Shown here in pieces: positions 17,126 to 26,550 of a stretch of 64,000 nucleotides of DNA (its first letter is position 1; each line of letters opens with the position of its first letter). Source of the DNA: an uncultured Acidimicrobiaceae bacterium (lineage in GTDB: Bacteria > Actinomycetota > Acidimicrobiia > Acidimicrobiales > RAAP-2); assembly GCA_963843365.1 (NCBI GenBank), contig CAWJKG010000006.1:245964-309963 (forward strand), written 5' to 3'. The translations under genes and the position numbers were made by a program. The notes beneath the pieces were generated by a model. It saw only the letters and a list, made by a program, of their open reading frames with translations, was not told where the DNA came from and searched no databases.

Positions 17126-17950
17126 CTAGCTCGTGGACTCTTCGGATTCGGCCTCGGCCTCGGCCTCGGCTTCGGCTGCACCCGTGGCCACCGCCTCTTC
17201 ACGGCTCGTCATCAGGTTCTCGACCGCTGCGCCGGCTCCTGCGGGCTCGCCTTGGTACATGACGCTGCCGTGGTTGAGCACGACCGCCCAATTCGCCAGC
17301 TCGAGCACGCGGTTCACCTGCTGTTCCACCACCACCAATGCGGTGCCGTTGCGGTTGATCTCCCTGAGCCCCTCGTACACCGTGTCGACGATGACCGGGG
17401 CGAGGCCGAGGGAGAGCTCGTCGGCTATCAAGACCTTGGACGGAACCACCAGGACCTTGGCCAGCGACAGGAGACGCTGCTGTCCCCCCGAGAGCGTGCC
17501 CCCGGACTGGCGCCGGCGCTCACCTAGGATCGGGAAGGCGGTGTACGCACGCTCGAGGTTCTCCTTGAGCTTGCCGCGCCCGGCCCGCTGGCGGAAGGCG
17601 ATCGTCAGGTTCTCCTCTACGGTCAGGCTCGAGAAGACGCCCCGCCCCTCGACGACGTGTGCCATGCCGAGCCGGGCGATCTTGTACGCCGGGAACGCCG
17701 TGACATCCTCACCCGAGAAAATCACCTGTCCCGACGACGCAGTCACCAGTCCCGTGACGGTTCGGGCCACCGTGGACTTGCCGGCACCGTTGGACCCGAC
17801 GAGGGCGACAATTCCACCTTCCGGCACGCGGAACGAGACATCGAACAGGGCCCGGTACGGGCCATAGGCGGCACTGACGTTCTTGACCGAGAGGACGTCG
17901 GGCCTCGAGCCGAAAGCGGAAGCGGAAGCGGAAGTGGCCGCCATCGTCAT
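17126..17950 (-). CDS. livF: branched-chain amino acid ABC transporter ATP-binding protein (LivF type) with an acidic AEAEAE tail
   Basis: Walker A GSNGAGKST, signature LSGGQQRLL, Walker B VLIADELSLGL. The ATG overlaps the livG stop as ATGA at 17947-17950. C-terminus: ...ATGAAEAEAEAEAESEESTS. Confidence 0.85.
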   Translation of the reverse strand: MTMAATSASASAFGSRPDVLSVKNVSAAYGPYRALFDVSFRVPEGGIVALVGSNGAGKSTVARTVTGLVTASSGQVIFSGEDVTAFPAYKIARLGMAHVVEGRGVFSSLTVEENLTIAFRQRAGRGKLKENLERAYTAFPILGERRRQSGGTLSGGQQRLLSLAKVLVVPSKVLIADELSLGLAPVIVDTVYEGLREINRNGTALVVVEQQVNRVLELANWAVVLNHGSVMYQGEPAGAGAAVENLMTSREEAVATGAAEAEAEAEAESEESTS

Positions 17951-18723
17951 GCGCGGCCCATCTGCCCCAGGTAGGCGTCCCGCACCGCCGGATCGGCCAT
18001 GCACTCGTCGAACGTGCCGGCGAACAGCATGGCGCCCAGGTCCATCACGACGGCCCGGTCGACGACCTCGGCCACCATGGCCAGGTCGTGCTCCACGAGC
18101 AGCACTGCCGTGCCGCGCTCGCGCTGGACCGTGCGCAGGACGGCCGCGACCTCCGACGTCTCATGCAGGTCGAGCCCCGACGAGGGCTCGTCCGCCAGCA
18201 GTATCTTCGGCTCGGTGGCCAGCGCCCGTGCCAACTCGACCAGACGGCAGTGCCCCAGACCGAGGGCGTTGACCGATGTGTCGGCCAGGTGAGCGATGCC
18301 CACGAGCTCGAGAGTCGCCTCGACCCGGTCGATCTCTTCCTTCTTCGGCTTGCTCAGATTGAGGAGGTCGCGCCAGAGACGCCCTTCTCCCTGGCGCGAT
18401 CGCTCCGCCACCAAGAGGTGGTCGCGCACCGACATGTCGGTGAACACCTCGACCCTCTGGTAGGTGCGTCCGATGCCCAGCCGAGCCCGCTTGTAGGTGG
18501 GCAGGCCCAGGAGCGGCTGTCCGTCGAAGTGTATGTCGCCCTGTTCTGGTCGCAGTTGACCGCACACGCAGTTGAACAGTGTCGTCTTGCCGGCGCCGTT
18601 GGGTCCGACCAGGCCCACGCTCTCACCGGGCGCCACATCGAAAGAGATGGCGTGCACGGCCTGGATCCCACCGAACGACTTGCAGACACCCTGCAGGTGG
18701 AGGAGCGGTTCGACCTCAGCCAC
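17947..18723 (-). CDS. livG: branched-chain amino acid ABC transporter ATP-binding protein (LivG type)
   Basis: Motifs: GPNGAGKTTLFN, LGLGHCRLVELARAL, ILLADEPSSGL. Confidence 0.85.
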   Translation of the reverse strand: MAEVEPLLHLQGVCKSFGGIQAVHAISFDVAPGESVGLVGPNGAGKTTLFNCVCGQLRPEQGDIHFDGQPLLGLPTYKRARLGIGRTYQRVEVFTDMSVRDHLLVAERSRQGEGRLWRDLLNLSKPKKEEIDRVEATLELVGIAHLADTSVNALGLGHCRLVELARALATEPKILLADEPSSGLDLHETSEVAAVLRTVQRERGTAVLLVEHDLAMVAEVVDRAVVMDLGAMLFAGTFDECMADPAVRDAYLGQMGRA

Positions 18724-20725
18724 TGGCGCTCGCAGACAGCGCTTGCGCCTTGCGTTCTTCCGCCGCCGCTTCGCGGGGGAAGAGCAGTCGCTCGAACCGC
18801 ATAGTCGAACGCCGCTTCTGGAATTCGAGCACCCCTTCGGGATGTTGGGCGTACGTCAGAGCACCGAAGGCGAACAGCACGATCGTCAGGCTGGGCCCAC
18901 CGATGCGGGCAGGGAGATAGGTGAAGATCTGTTGGATGACGTAGTACCCGATGCCCGCTTGAATGGCACCCTCGACCGTGTTCACGCTCGTCGTCACGAC
19001 AAGCACGACGAACACGAGTGAGAACGTCGTGTTCCAGTCCACCGGGGACACGTGTTGCTGCTCAATGCTCGTGAGGACGCCGCCGACGCCGGCGATCGCC
19101 CCGGCCAACGCGAAGACGACGATGCGCTGCTTCGTGAGGTTGACCCCGAGACCGGCGGTCGCCGTCTCGCTGCCTCGCATGGCGGCCAGGTTGCGGCCGA
19201 CGGTCCCCTTGCGCACGAGGAGCACGATCACCACGGCCACCACGAGCACGACCATGCAGAGGATGAACATGGCGTGACCGTCGAAGTTGAAGAAAGCACT
19301 GGTACCCAGCCACTTCGCCTGCAGGCTCGTGCCCTGCTGGCCACCCGTCACCCAGATGTCGTTGAAGGCGGTGTTGTCGAAGAGCAACGCGGCGGCCAGG
19401 GTCATCAGCGCCAGTCCCAGCCCGCGCAGGCGGAGCGAGAGGAGCGCCAGAATCACCGCCACAATGGCGGCCAGCGCGCAGCCGATGAGGCCGCCCACCA
19501 AGAAATTGAGTCCGAGGTGCACCGAGAACACGGCGGCCGTGAAGCCCCCGATTCCGGCGAACGTGGCCTGGCACAGCGACAACTGACCGGCCATACCCGT
19601 GATCAGCGTGATCGAGAGGAGGATGATGGAGAGGGTCAGTCCGTCGTTGAAGACGCCCACCCAGACGGAGTTGACCCAGGTCAGCATGGAGACGCAGAAC
19701 GCCGCCAGCAGCACCCACCAGGCGATCCGGATGATCCGGTCCATGCTGGGCGCGCGCGAGGTGGCCGCGATCGGCACCGGCGGCGGGTCGATGGTGGCCA
19801 GTGGATCCCGGCTGGCGTCGAGGTCGCGCAATCCCGGCAGAATGAGCAATGCGGCGGCGATGGCGAAGAACGGCAGCGAGGGCACCACGGCCGCGTTCCA
19901 GAAGCTGTTCGGCGGGATGTACCCCTGCAGCACGGTGGTGACGACGCCGATGAGGATCGCGACCCCGGCGGCGATGGGCAGGGAACGGAGCGCCGCCCAC
20001 GCCGCCGCCGCAATGGCCGTCACCGTCAGGGTGACGAACTCGTCCGAGTTGAAGTTCCCGAAGACGGGCGCCAGCAGGACACCGGCCAGGCTGGCCATGA
20101 GACTCGACACGATCCAGGCCACCGCAACCACGCCGTTGGCGTTGACCCCGTCGAGCTGCACCAGCCGCCTGCTCTCCACCGCGCCACGCATCTGCAGACC
20201 CAGGCTCGTGAAGCGCAGCAGGATCGTGAGCGCGATGAGGACCACCGCCGTCACGGAGATGGTGGCGAGATAGATCCCGTTGATCGGCGTCCCGTAGTTC
20301 CCCCCGCCGATGGTGAAGTAGACGGTGTTCGGGTTGAAGAACGGGAAGATGGTGGCGGTGGCGTCGAGGTTCTGCGGACCGAAGAGCACCGGCAGGAGCG
20401 AGGGAATCCCGACGAGCAGCGCCAAACTGCAGACGAGCTTGGCCGTGCTGTTCGAATTCGGGATATGGCGGAACAGGAGCCGGTCGAAAGCCCAGCCGAC
20501 GACCGGCCCCATCACCAGCACGCTCAGGAGAAACGCCTCCCACCCCGACCAGCCGTGGAACTGGGTCAGGTACGTGAAGATGAAAGCCGAGGCGAAGGCC
20601 TGGGCCCCGAAGGCGAAGTTGAAGACCCCCGTCGCCTGGTAGGTCAGGACCAGGCAGACCGCGACCAGGGCATACGTGCACCCGTAGGGCACGCCCGGAA
20701 GCGCGAAGCCAAGGAGCTGCTCCAT
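18716..20725 (-). CDS. fused LivH-LivM type ABC permease
   Basis: 669 aa in a single ORF. The N-terminal half is LivH-like (GVPYGCTYALVAVCLVLTYQATGVFNFAFGAQ). The C-terminal half is LivM-like (ITGMAGQLSLCQATFAGIGGF). It is hydrophobic throughout. Confidence 0.8.
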   Translation of the reverse strand: MEQLLGFALPGVPYGCTYALVAVCLVLTYQATGVFNFAFGAQAFASAFIFTYLTQFHGWSGWEAFLLSVLVMGPVVGWAFDRLLFRHIPNSNSTAKLVCSLALLVGIPSLLPVLFGPQNLDATATIFPFFNPNTVYFTIGGGNYGTPINGIYLATISVTAVVLIALTILLRFTSLGLQMRGAVESRRLVQLDGVNANGVVAVAWIVSSLMASLAGVLLAPVFGNFNSDEFVTLTVTAIAAAAWAALRSLPIAAGVAILIGVVTTVLQGYIPPNSFWNAAVVPSLPFFAIAAALLILPGLRDLDASRDPLATIDPPPVPIAATSRAPSMDRIIRIAWWVLLAAFCVSMLTWVNSVWVGVFNDGLTLSIILLSITLITGMAGQLSLCQATFAGIGGFTAAVFSVHLGLNFLVGGLIGCALAAIVAVILALLSLRLRGLGLALMTLAAALLFDNTAFNDIWVTGGQQGTSLQAKWLGTSAFFNFDGHAMFILCMVVLVVAVVIVLLVRKGTVGRNLAAMRGSETATAGLGVNLTKQRIVVFALAGAIAGVGGVLTSIEQQHVSPVDWNTTFSLVFVVLVVTTSVNTVEGAIQAGIGYYVIQQIFTYLPARIGGPSLTIVLFAFGALTYAQHPEGVLEFQKRRSTMRFERLLFPREAAAEERKAQALSASASG

Positions 20726-20760
20726 GTCCTAGCGATCCCTGCCGCCCGCCCGTCCCGCGC

Positions 20761-22065
20761 TCAGGACGGGGAGGGCGTGCCGGCGGGCAGGGGGAAGACG
20801 GGGTTCTTGTTCGGGTTGGTGGACTGGAAGCAGTTGAAGACGTTCTGCCCCTTGTTCAGGGTCGCCAGGTACTGGTTCCCCACCACCTTGATGTACGCCA
20901 GGCAGTACGGCGGCGCATTCCCCTTGTGGCCTGCGTCCTTCCAGTTGACCGGCGACTCGAGCCCGCCGGAGGTGTACGCCGTCAACGAGTTGTCCGCGGC
21001 GATGACGCTGGCCTGGGTCGGGTTCTTCCCGGCCAGCTTGAGGCCCTGGACGAAGAGGTAGGCCGACTCCCATCCCTGCAGCGCGATCTCGTCCGTGGCG
21101 TACTGGGGCTCGTACTTCTTCATGACGTTCAGATATGTCTTGAGGGCCGGGTAGAGCTTGGTCGACGCCGTGAACGGGATGTGCGCGATGTCGAAGTAGA
21201 CGCCCTGCATCAGGCTCTGGTTCTGGTTGAGCGTCGACTGGTCGTTGCCGCTGAACCAGAGCTGCGTCATGTTGGTCAGCCCGTACTGCTTGATGGCCCG
21301 GGCCATCGTCACGTTGCCCTGGACGTCCATGCAGCTGACAACCATGTTCGACCCTGCTTGCTTCATGCGCTGCACGTCGGTGGCCACCGTGGAGCCCGGG
21401 TAGCTCACCTTGAGGTCGGAGTAGCTGACGGTGTAACCGGCGGCCTTCAGCGAATTCTGCTCGGACTGGCACGACGCCGCCGATGCGGCCACGCCGTAGG
21501 CGATGAAGGCGATCGAGGGCTTCTTCTGCGTCTTGCGGGCCACGTAGGCGACCTGGGGAGCGGCGGCCGGGTAGTACTGCACGGAGCCGGTCGCTGCGAA
21601 CAGGTTGGAAGGCCCGGCCCAGTTCCCGGTGACGTTGTAGCCGTACGTCGGGATCCCGGACTCCACGAACAGGTTGGGCGAGAAGAACGCCGTCGCCACC
21701 CCGGTCACGGCGAACACGTGGTCCTGGTTGATCAGGGTGTTGGCCAACTGGTTGAACGTGGTGGGGTTGCCGCCGTCGTCCAGGGCGTACTTGTAGTTGA
21801 TCTTGCGGCCGTTCACCCCGCCCTGCGCGTTGATGTAGTCGAAGTAGGCCCGCTCGCCGTAGATCAGCGAGGAGAAGTTCGACGCCAGCGTTCCCGTCTG
21901 CGTCGAGATGGTGCCGACGGTCACCGACGTGGACGTCAGTCCGGGCACCGAGCTCGTCGCCGCGGCGCCCGCCGTGCCGGGCGACGTCGTCACGATCGCC
22001 GCACCCAACATCGTCCCCAGCACCGCCACCGATGTCAGTGCCTTGAACCCGTGTCTCACTCGCAT
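20761..22065 (-). CDS. ABC transporter substrate-binding protein (Leu/Ile/Val-binding family)
   Basis: Start MRVRHGFKALTSVAVLG (signal peptide). Motif: VTVGTISTQTGTLASN...YFDYINAQGGVNGRKINY. Confidence 0.8.
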   Translation of the reverse strand: MRVRHGFKALTSVAVLGTMLGAAIVTTSPGTAGAAATSSVPGLTSTSVTVGTISTQTGTLASNFSSLIYGERAYFDYINAQGGVNGRKINYKYALDDGGNPTTFNQLANTLINQDHVFAVTGVATAFFSPNLFVESGIPTYGYNVTGNWAGPSNLFAATGSVQYYPAAAPQVAYVARKTQKKPSIAFIAYGVAASAASCQSEQNSLKAAGYTVSYSDLKVSYPGSTVATDVQRMKQAGSNMVVSCMDVQGNVTMARAIKQYGLTNMTQLWFSGNDQSTLNQNQSLMQGVYFDIAHIPFTASTKLYPALKTYLNVMKKYEPQYATDEIALQGWESAYLFVQGLKLAGKNPTQASVIAADNSLTAYTSGGLESPVNWKDAGHKGNAPPYCLAYIKVVGNQYLATLNKGQNVFNCFQSTNPNKNPVFPLPAGTPSPS

Positions 22066-22204
22066 TCGATCCCCAATCGCTCGTGCATCCCCCCGGATGC
22101 CGGTCACTGTAGCTGGAGGGCTACACGCCCATTGCTCTATCACGTCGCCAAACGGCATTACCTTCGCCCGCATTCACGGACACTCCACATCGCCTTCGAC
22201 CGCC

Positions 22205-23896
22205 TCAGTTCAAGAACAACCTCCGTCGATCGAACTCACGCAAGGCCTGCACCTCGTCGAAGCGGACGGCGGGCAGCTCCTCGATCGCACGGGCGACATC
22301 GGGCTCGTACCCGCACGCGGACACGAAGGCCCGGACCCGGTCGTCGAGCGTCCCTTCCCCGTCGGGCACGGCCGCCACCCGCAGCACGCCGTCGTGGCGG
22401 CGCAGGATGCCCTTGTCGGTCACCACCGAGACGACTCTCTCTCCCGGCGAGGTGACGTAGGCGACGGTCTCGGGGAGCCGCTCGGGTCGGGCCAAGGTGA
22501 CCACGACGCAGGCGTTGGCCCGGCTGGCCACGTCGTTGGCTCCTCCCGATCCGACCAGGAAGCGCCCGCCCGCCAGTTGGGTCGAGTTCAACGACCCGTC
22601 GCGGTCGACCTGGGCCGCGCCGAGGCAACCCACGGTGGTGGTCCCGGGGCCGCCGATGACCATGCCGAGCACGGCCGAGGCGTCCGAGAGGTACGGGGTC
22701 GCCGGAAAGACGCGCTGGTTGAAGATGTAGGGATCGGCCGGTGTCGGCTGATACCCCCACAGCCCCAGCTCGGCGGTGAGCATCACCCTGCGTCCCGCCG
22801 CCCGGGCGCGTCCCACTGCGACCCACGCGGCCAGATTGGCCACGCCGGCGCCGGCGAGCACCGCGTCGGCGCCCACGGCGTCCACCACGCGCTCGAGCTC
22901 CCGGGCGCCCAGGGCCGCCGCCTGTTCCCAACGCGTGACGGCGGGGTCGTCGACCACGGGGGTGGCGTCGGCGTCCGCCTTCCACGACATGGGGTCCGAC
23001 CGTCCCTCGAGCCACTTGAGCTGCTCCGGTCCGACGCGCGCCAGATACTCCTCGTGCGTCGCCGGACCCAGCACCCACTCGTCGACGTAGGCGTCGAACG
23101 CATCCCTCGCGGCGGCCTCGGCCGCCGCGCTCCAATCCGCGATGTCCTCCCCGTAGCTGCGGACCGGCAGTCCGGGGGCGTAGCAGCCACCGGGGTGCGC
23201 ACCGAACGGCGCTTCCACCACCGCCAGGACGCGGTGACCCGGCACCTTGACCCGGTGACCGAGACCCTCGAGATCGTCGACCACGCGCTCCACCGTCGCC
23301 ACGACGCCGCGCCGGGCGGCCCAGGCGCCCCACACACCATCGAGCAGAGGCTCGGAGAACACGAGATTGCCCGACGGGTCGGCGGCGGCGGCATGGACGA
23401 GCGCCACGTCCGGCGCCAGCGGCTCCAACAGCCCGAGCGGTCCGAAGGGTGAATCGACGACGGCGAACGCGTCGTTCTCCGCCATGGAGGAACCGACCAG
23501 GGAGCCCGTCACCGCCGCGGGCAGGCCGCGGGCGGCCGCTTCGAGGCGCTGCGACAGCGTGAGGATGGACCAGTGCTCGACCTCGACCTGGCCCGATTCG
23601 TACGCGCCGCGGAAGATCGGGTTCGGGCTGTAGGTCGGGAAGCTGTTGCCCGAGTAGGCGGTGACGACCTTCCGGACGAGCCCGCCGGAGAAGAACGCGC
23701 CGCCCAGCGCGCCGAGGCTGGTCATGATCAAGGTGAATCCAGGGTCCGTCCGCCAGAATTGCCGGGCGAGCTCCCGGGCGGCCGCCGTCCATCGGCTGTG
23801 CCCCATCATCACGAGGACGGCGTCACCGGGCCGCACACTGCGGGCCACCGCATCTTCGAGCGACGTCACGAGACCACCGTTGGTGGGATGGGTCAC
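22205..23896 (-). CDS. family-I CoA-transferase with subunits A and B fused in one polypeptide
   Basis: 563 aa, GTG start. The A-like half carries SLEDAVARSVRPGDAVLVM...VEHWSILTL. The B-like half carries AVLAGAGVANLAAWVA...GAAQVDRDGSLNST...GSGGANDVA. Confidence 0.75.
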   Translation of the reverse strand: MTHPTNGGLVTSLEDAVARSVRPGDAVLVMMGHSRWTAAARELARQFWRTDPGFTLIMTSLGALGGAFFSGGLVRKVVTAYSGNSFPTYSPNPIFRGAYESGQVEVEHWSILTLSQRLEAAARGLPAAVTGSLVGSSMAENDAFAVVDSPFGPLGLLEPLAPDVALVHAAAADPSGNLVFSEPLLDGVWGAWAARRGVVATVERVVDDLEGLGHRVKVPGHRVLAVVEAPFGAHPGGCYAPGLPVRSYGEDIADWSAAAEAAARDAFDAYVDEWVLGPATHEEYLARVGPEQLKWLEGRSDPMSWKADADATPVVDDPAVTRWEQAAALGARELERVVDAVGADAVLAGAGVANLAAWVAVGRARAAGRRVMLTAELGLWGYQPTPADPYIFNQRVFPATPYLSDASAVLGMVIGGPGTTTVGCLGAAQVDRDGSLNSTQLAGGRFLVGSGGANDVASRANACVVVTLARPERLPETVAYVTSPGERVVSVVTDKGILRRHDGVLRVAAVPDGEGTLDDRVRAFVSACGYEPDVARAIEELPAVRFDEVQALREFDRRRLFLN

Positions 23897-23968
23897 GAAA
23901 CCCTCTGCACGCCGGAGGCCAGATCACGTACTCCCTGGTCCGACGTCATTTTTCGCCCCAACCGAACC

Positions 23969-23982
23969 TGACCACCGTGTCA
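23969..23982. promoter_or_regulatory. TGAC-N6-GTCA palindrome (site B), extended to AACCTGAC-N6-GTCAGGTT; likely operator of the adjacent TetR
   Basis: TGACCACCGTGTCA with perfect 8-bp arms over 23965-23986. It lies in the 129-nt divergent region between the CoA-transferase start (23896) and the TetR start (24026). Confidence 0.55.
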
Positions 23983-24025
23983 GGTTAGCCATTTCAACCA
24001 TGCCCGGCACTACCATGCTCCGGGC

Positions 24026-24784
24026 ATGGGATCGCCGAGAGTCCACCGTGACCCGGCGCCCGTTCCGAAGAAGGTGAACCGTGCGCCGGCGGCGAGGAAG
24101 ACGGCGGCCGCCAAGGCGTCCGGGGGGAATGGTCGGTCCAACGGCGCCACCCTGAGCGAAGCCGATGCCGTGGGTGCGCCCGCCTCCAAGCGGGTCCTGC
24201 GCAGCCAGGGACGGCGGACGATGCGCAAGTTGCTCGATGCGGCCATGATCGCCTTCGACCGCCGCGGCTACCACGCCACCCGGGTCAACGACGTCGTGGA
24301 GATCGCCAAGACGTCCCACGGCACCTTCTACCTCTACTTCTCCAACAAGGAGGATCTGCTGCGAGCCCTGGTGGCCGAAGCGGCGGGCGAGGCGCAGAGC
24401 CTCTACGACGCCCTGAGCACGCTGCCGGCGGAGGGGGACGCGCCGCAGTGGGACGACGTGCACGGATGGATCCGGGCCTACTCGGAGCTCTGGACACGCT
24501 ACGCGGCGCTGTTTCGGGCCTGGACGGATCTTGCCACCATCGATCCCGAGTTGCTCGATCTGATCCGCAGCACCTTCACGTCGCTGTCGGGCGCGCTGGC
24601 CAAGCAGATCGGGCCCGACTCCTCGGGCCACATCATCGATCCCGACGCCGCCGGCCTGGCCACCCTCGCCATGCTCGACCGCTTCCACTACCTGCGCGAG
24701 TTCGTCGGGCAGCCCATAGATGACGTCGCGCTCGAGACGGTGACGACCATGGTCTACCGCGCCCTCTTCGATCCGAACGCCTGA
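24026..24784 (+). CDS. TetR/AcrR-family transcriptional regulator
   Basis: HTH: TMRKLLDAAMIAFDRRGYHATRVNDVVEIAKTSHGTFYLYFSNKEDLL. The Lys/Ala-rich N-terminal extension leaves the exact start uncertain. Confidence 0.8.
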   Translation: MGSPRVHRDPAPVPKKVNRAPAARKTAAAKASGGNGRSNGATLSEADAVGAPASKRVLRSQGRRTMRKLLDAAMIAFDRRGYHATRVNDVVEIAKTSHGTFYLYFSNKEDLLRALVAEAAGEAQSLYDALSTLPAEGDAPQWDDVHGWIRAYSELWTRYAALFRAWTDLATIDPELLDLIRSTFTSLSGALAKQIGPDSSGHIIDPDAAGLATLAMLDRFHYLREFVGQPIDDVALETVTTMVYRALFDPNA

Positions 24785-24812
24785 ACCGGGTCCCGCCCGT
24801 CGAGATCGTGCG

Positions 24813-25598
24813 CTAGCGATCGGGCGGAAAGACGAGATCGAAGATGCCGTCGACGCCCGAGCCGTGCAGCGTGAGCCCGCCGTCGACGACGATGTTCTGG
24901 CCCGTGACGAAGCGGGCCAGGTTCGAGCACAGGAAGACGACCACGTCGGCGACGTCCTCGGGCTCGCCGATGCGGGCCACCGGCGTCCCCTTCTCGAAGC
25001 GCTCGGTCTGGCTCGGCATGAACTCGAACATCTGCTCGGTCATGGCGGTCAGGATCATGCCGGGCGAGACCGCGTTGACCCGGATGGACGGCCCGTACTC
25101 GAGGGCGGCGGATGCGGTCAGGGCCGCCACGGCTGCCTTGCTGGCGGCATAAGGGCTCTCTCCCGCCGCAGGCCGCGTCCCGCTGATGGACGCGGTACTG
25201 ACGATCGAACCACCCCCACCGGCGAGGAGATGTGGCGCCGCGGCCCGGATCCCCGCCCACACGCCGGTCAGGTTCACCCGGAGGACCCTGTCCCAGTCGG
25301 CCGGCTCAATGTCGTGCAGCTTGTTGAAGGTCGACGTGCCGGCGTTGTTGTAGATGATGGAGAGCCCGCCGAGCGCGGCGGCGGCCGCGTCCACGGCCTG
25401 CTGCATGGCTTCGACATCCCCCACGTCGACGCCGAAGGCCACGCCGTCGATCTCCTTGGCGACCGCCCGCGCCGACTCCTCGTCGAGGTCGAAGACGGCC
25501 ACGCGCGCACCCTCCTCGGCCATGCGGCGGCAGGTGGCGCGCCCGATCCCCGATCCCCCACCCGTGATCACCGCCTTGTGGCCCTCAAGCAGTCCCAT
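24813..25598 (-). CDS. SDR-family oxidoreductase (3-oxoacyl-ACP reductase-like)
   Basis: Motifs: AVITGGGSGIGRA, NNAGT, YAASKAAV, FVTGQNIVVDGG. Confidence 0.85.
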   Translation of the reverse strand: MGLLEGHKAVITGGGSGIGRATCRRMAEEGARVAVFDLDEESARAVAKEIDGVAFGVDVGDVEAMQQAVDAAAAALGGLSIIYNNAGTSTFNKLHDIEPADWDRVLRVNLTGVWAGIRAAAPHLLAGGGGSIVSTASISGTRPAAGESPYAASKAAVAALTASAALEYGPSIRVNAVSPGMILTAMTEQMFEFMPSQTERFEKGTPVARIGEPEDVADVVVFLCSNLARFVTGQNIVVDGGLTLHGSGVDGIFDLVFPPDR

Positions 25599-26523
25599 GT
25601 GCCCCTCCTATCGGTCCATCGCCGTCGGCCCCCGTCGGGGTCGCGAACTGAAGTGGTTCGTCGAGCTCCCTGATGAGCAGTTCTTGCGCCATGCTCAGGT
25701 GCAGGGTCCCGTCCTCGCCGTGCATCGTGGCGCGGACGGTCGCCCTCCCGCCGGCGTTGACGAGCGTGTGGATGTCGAAGAGGCTCCAGGTATCGGCACG
25801 CCATGGGCGATGGAACCACAGGGCGTGATCGAGGCTGGCGTCGGTGTGCCTCCCCCACACGCCCAAGCTGTGGGGACGGAAGGAAGCTCCCGTCATGTCG
25901 GAGAAGTAGGCCAGGACCGCCGCGTGCACCGCAGGGTCGCCCGGCAGCTGCTCGCGTGAACGGAACCAGCAGCGACGGGTCGACTCGTAGGTACCGTCCT
26001 CACGGCGCTCGGTCGTCCCTATCTCGCGCACGTCGAAGGGGAAGTGACCCTCGAACCCGTCGACCTCGGCCTCGACCTCGACCTCGGCGGGATTCGGAAT
26101 CTCCGACGCCATGGAGAGCTGATAGTCGTCGCCGCTCTCGGGTACGTGGAAGGAGCACGTCATATGGAAGGTCTCCCGCCCTTCGGAGCTGCTCGTCACC
26201 TGGCGCGTGCAGAAGGAGCGCCCGTCGCGCAGGGAGTCCACAACGTGGGTGCTCTCCGATCCCGGACTGGTGGGGCGCAGGAAGTAGCCGTGCAGCGAGT
26301 GGACCTCCACGCCGGCGGGAACCGTCTGCATGGCGGCGTTGAGCGCCTGCCCGACGACCATGCCGCCGAACACGCGCCCGTGCGCCCACCAATTGGGGCA
26401 GGTCGTGGTGAAGAGGGGCCGGCCCTCGGCGTCCCGGCCCGCCTCCCGGGCGGTCAGGGCGTCGACCAGCTCTGACACGGTGGCGGGCACCACCTCCGCT
26501 TGTTCGGCGTCGTCACGTTGCAT
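25585..26523 (-). CDS. acyl-CoA thioesterase II (TesB-like)
   Basis: Motifs: HGRVFGGMVVGQALNAA, HSLHGYFLRP, double hot-dog length of 312 aa, SLDHALWFHRP. Confidence 0.8.
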   Translation of the reverse strand: MQRDDAEQAEVVPATVSELVDALTAREAGRDAEGRPLFTTTCPNWWAHGRVFGGMVVGQALNAAMQTVPAGVEVHSLHGYFLRPTSPGSESTHVVDSLRDGRSFCTRQVTSSSEGRETFHMTCSFHVPESGDDYQLSMASEIPNPAEVEVEAEVDGFEGHFPFDVREIGTTERREDGTYESTRRCWFRSREQLPGDPAVHAAVLAYFSDMTGASFRPHSLGVWGRHTDASLDHALWFHRPWRADTWSLFDIHTLVNAGGRATVRATMHGEDGTLHLSMAQELLIRELDEPLQFATPTGADGDGPIGGAHGTA

Positions 26524-26550
26524 GTATGGCCCCGATGGCTGGGAGGTGCT

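Noticed and set aside
19052-21061. 669-aa ORF antisense to the LivHM permease. Similar long shadow ORFs occur at 6472..8187, 29678..31945, 46256..47338, 47453..49675 and 59952..62228.
   Set aside because: The composition is Arg/Gly/Asp/His-rich, GC3 is not coding-like, and each lies opposite a gene with strong family signatures.
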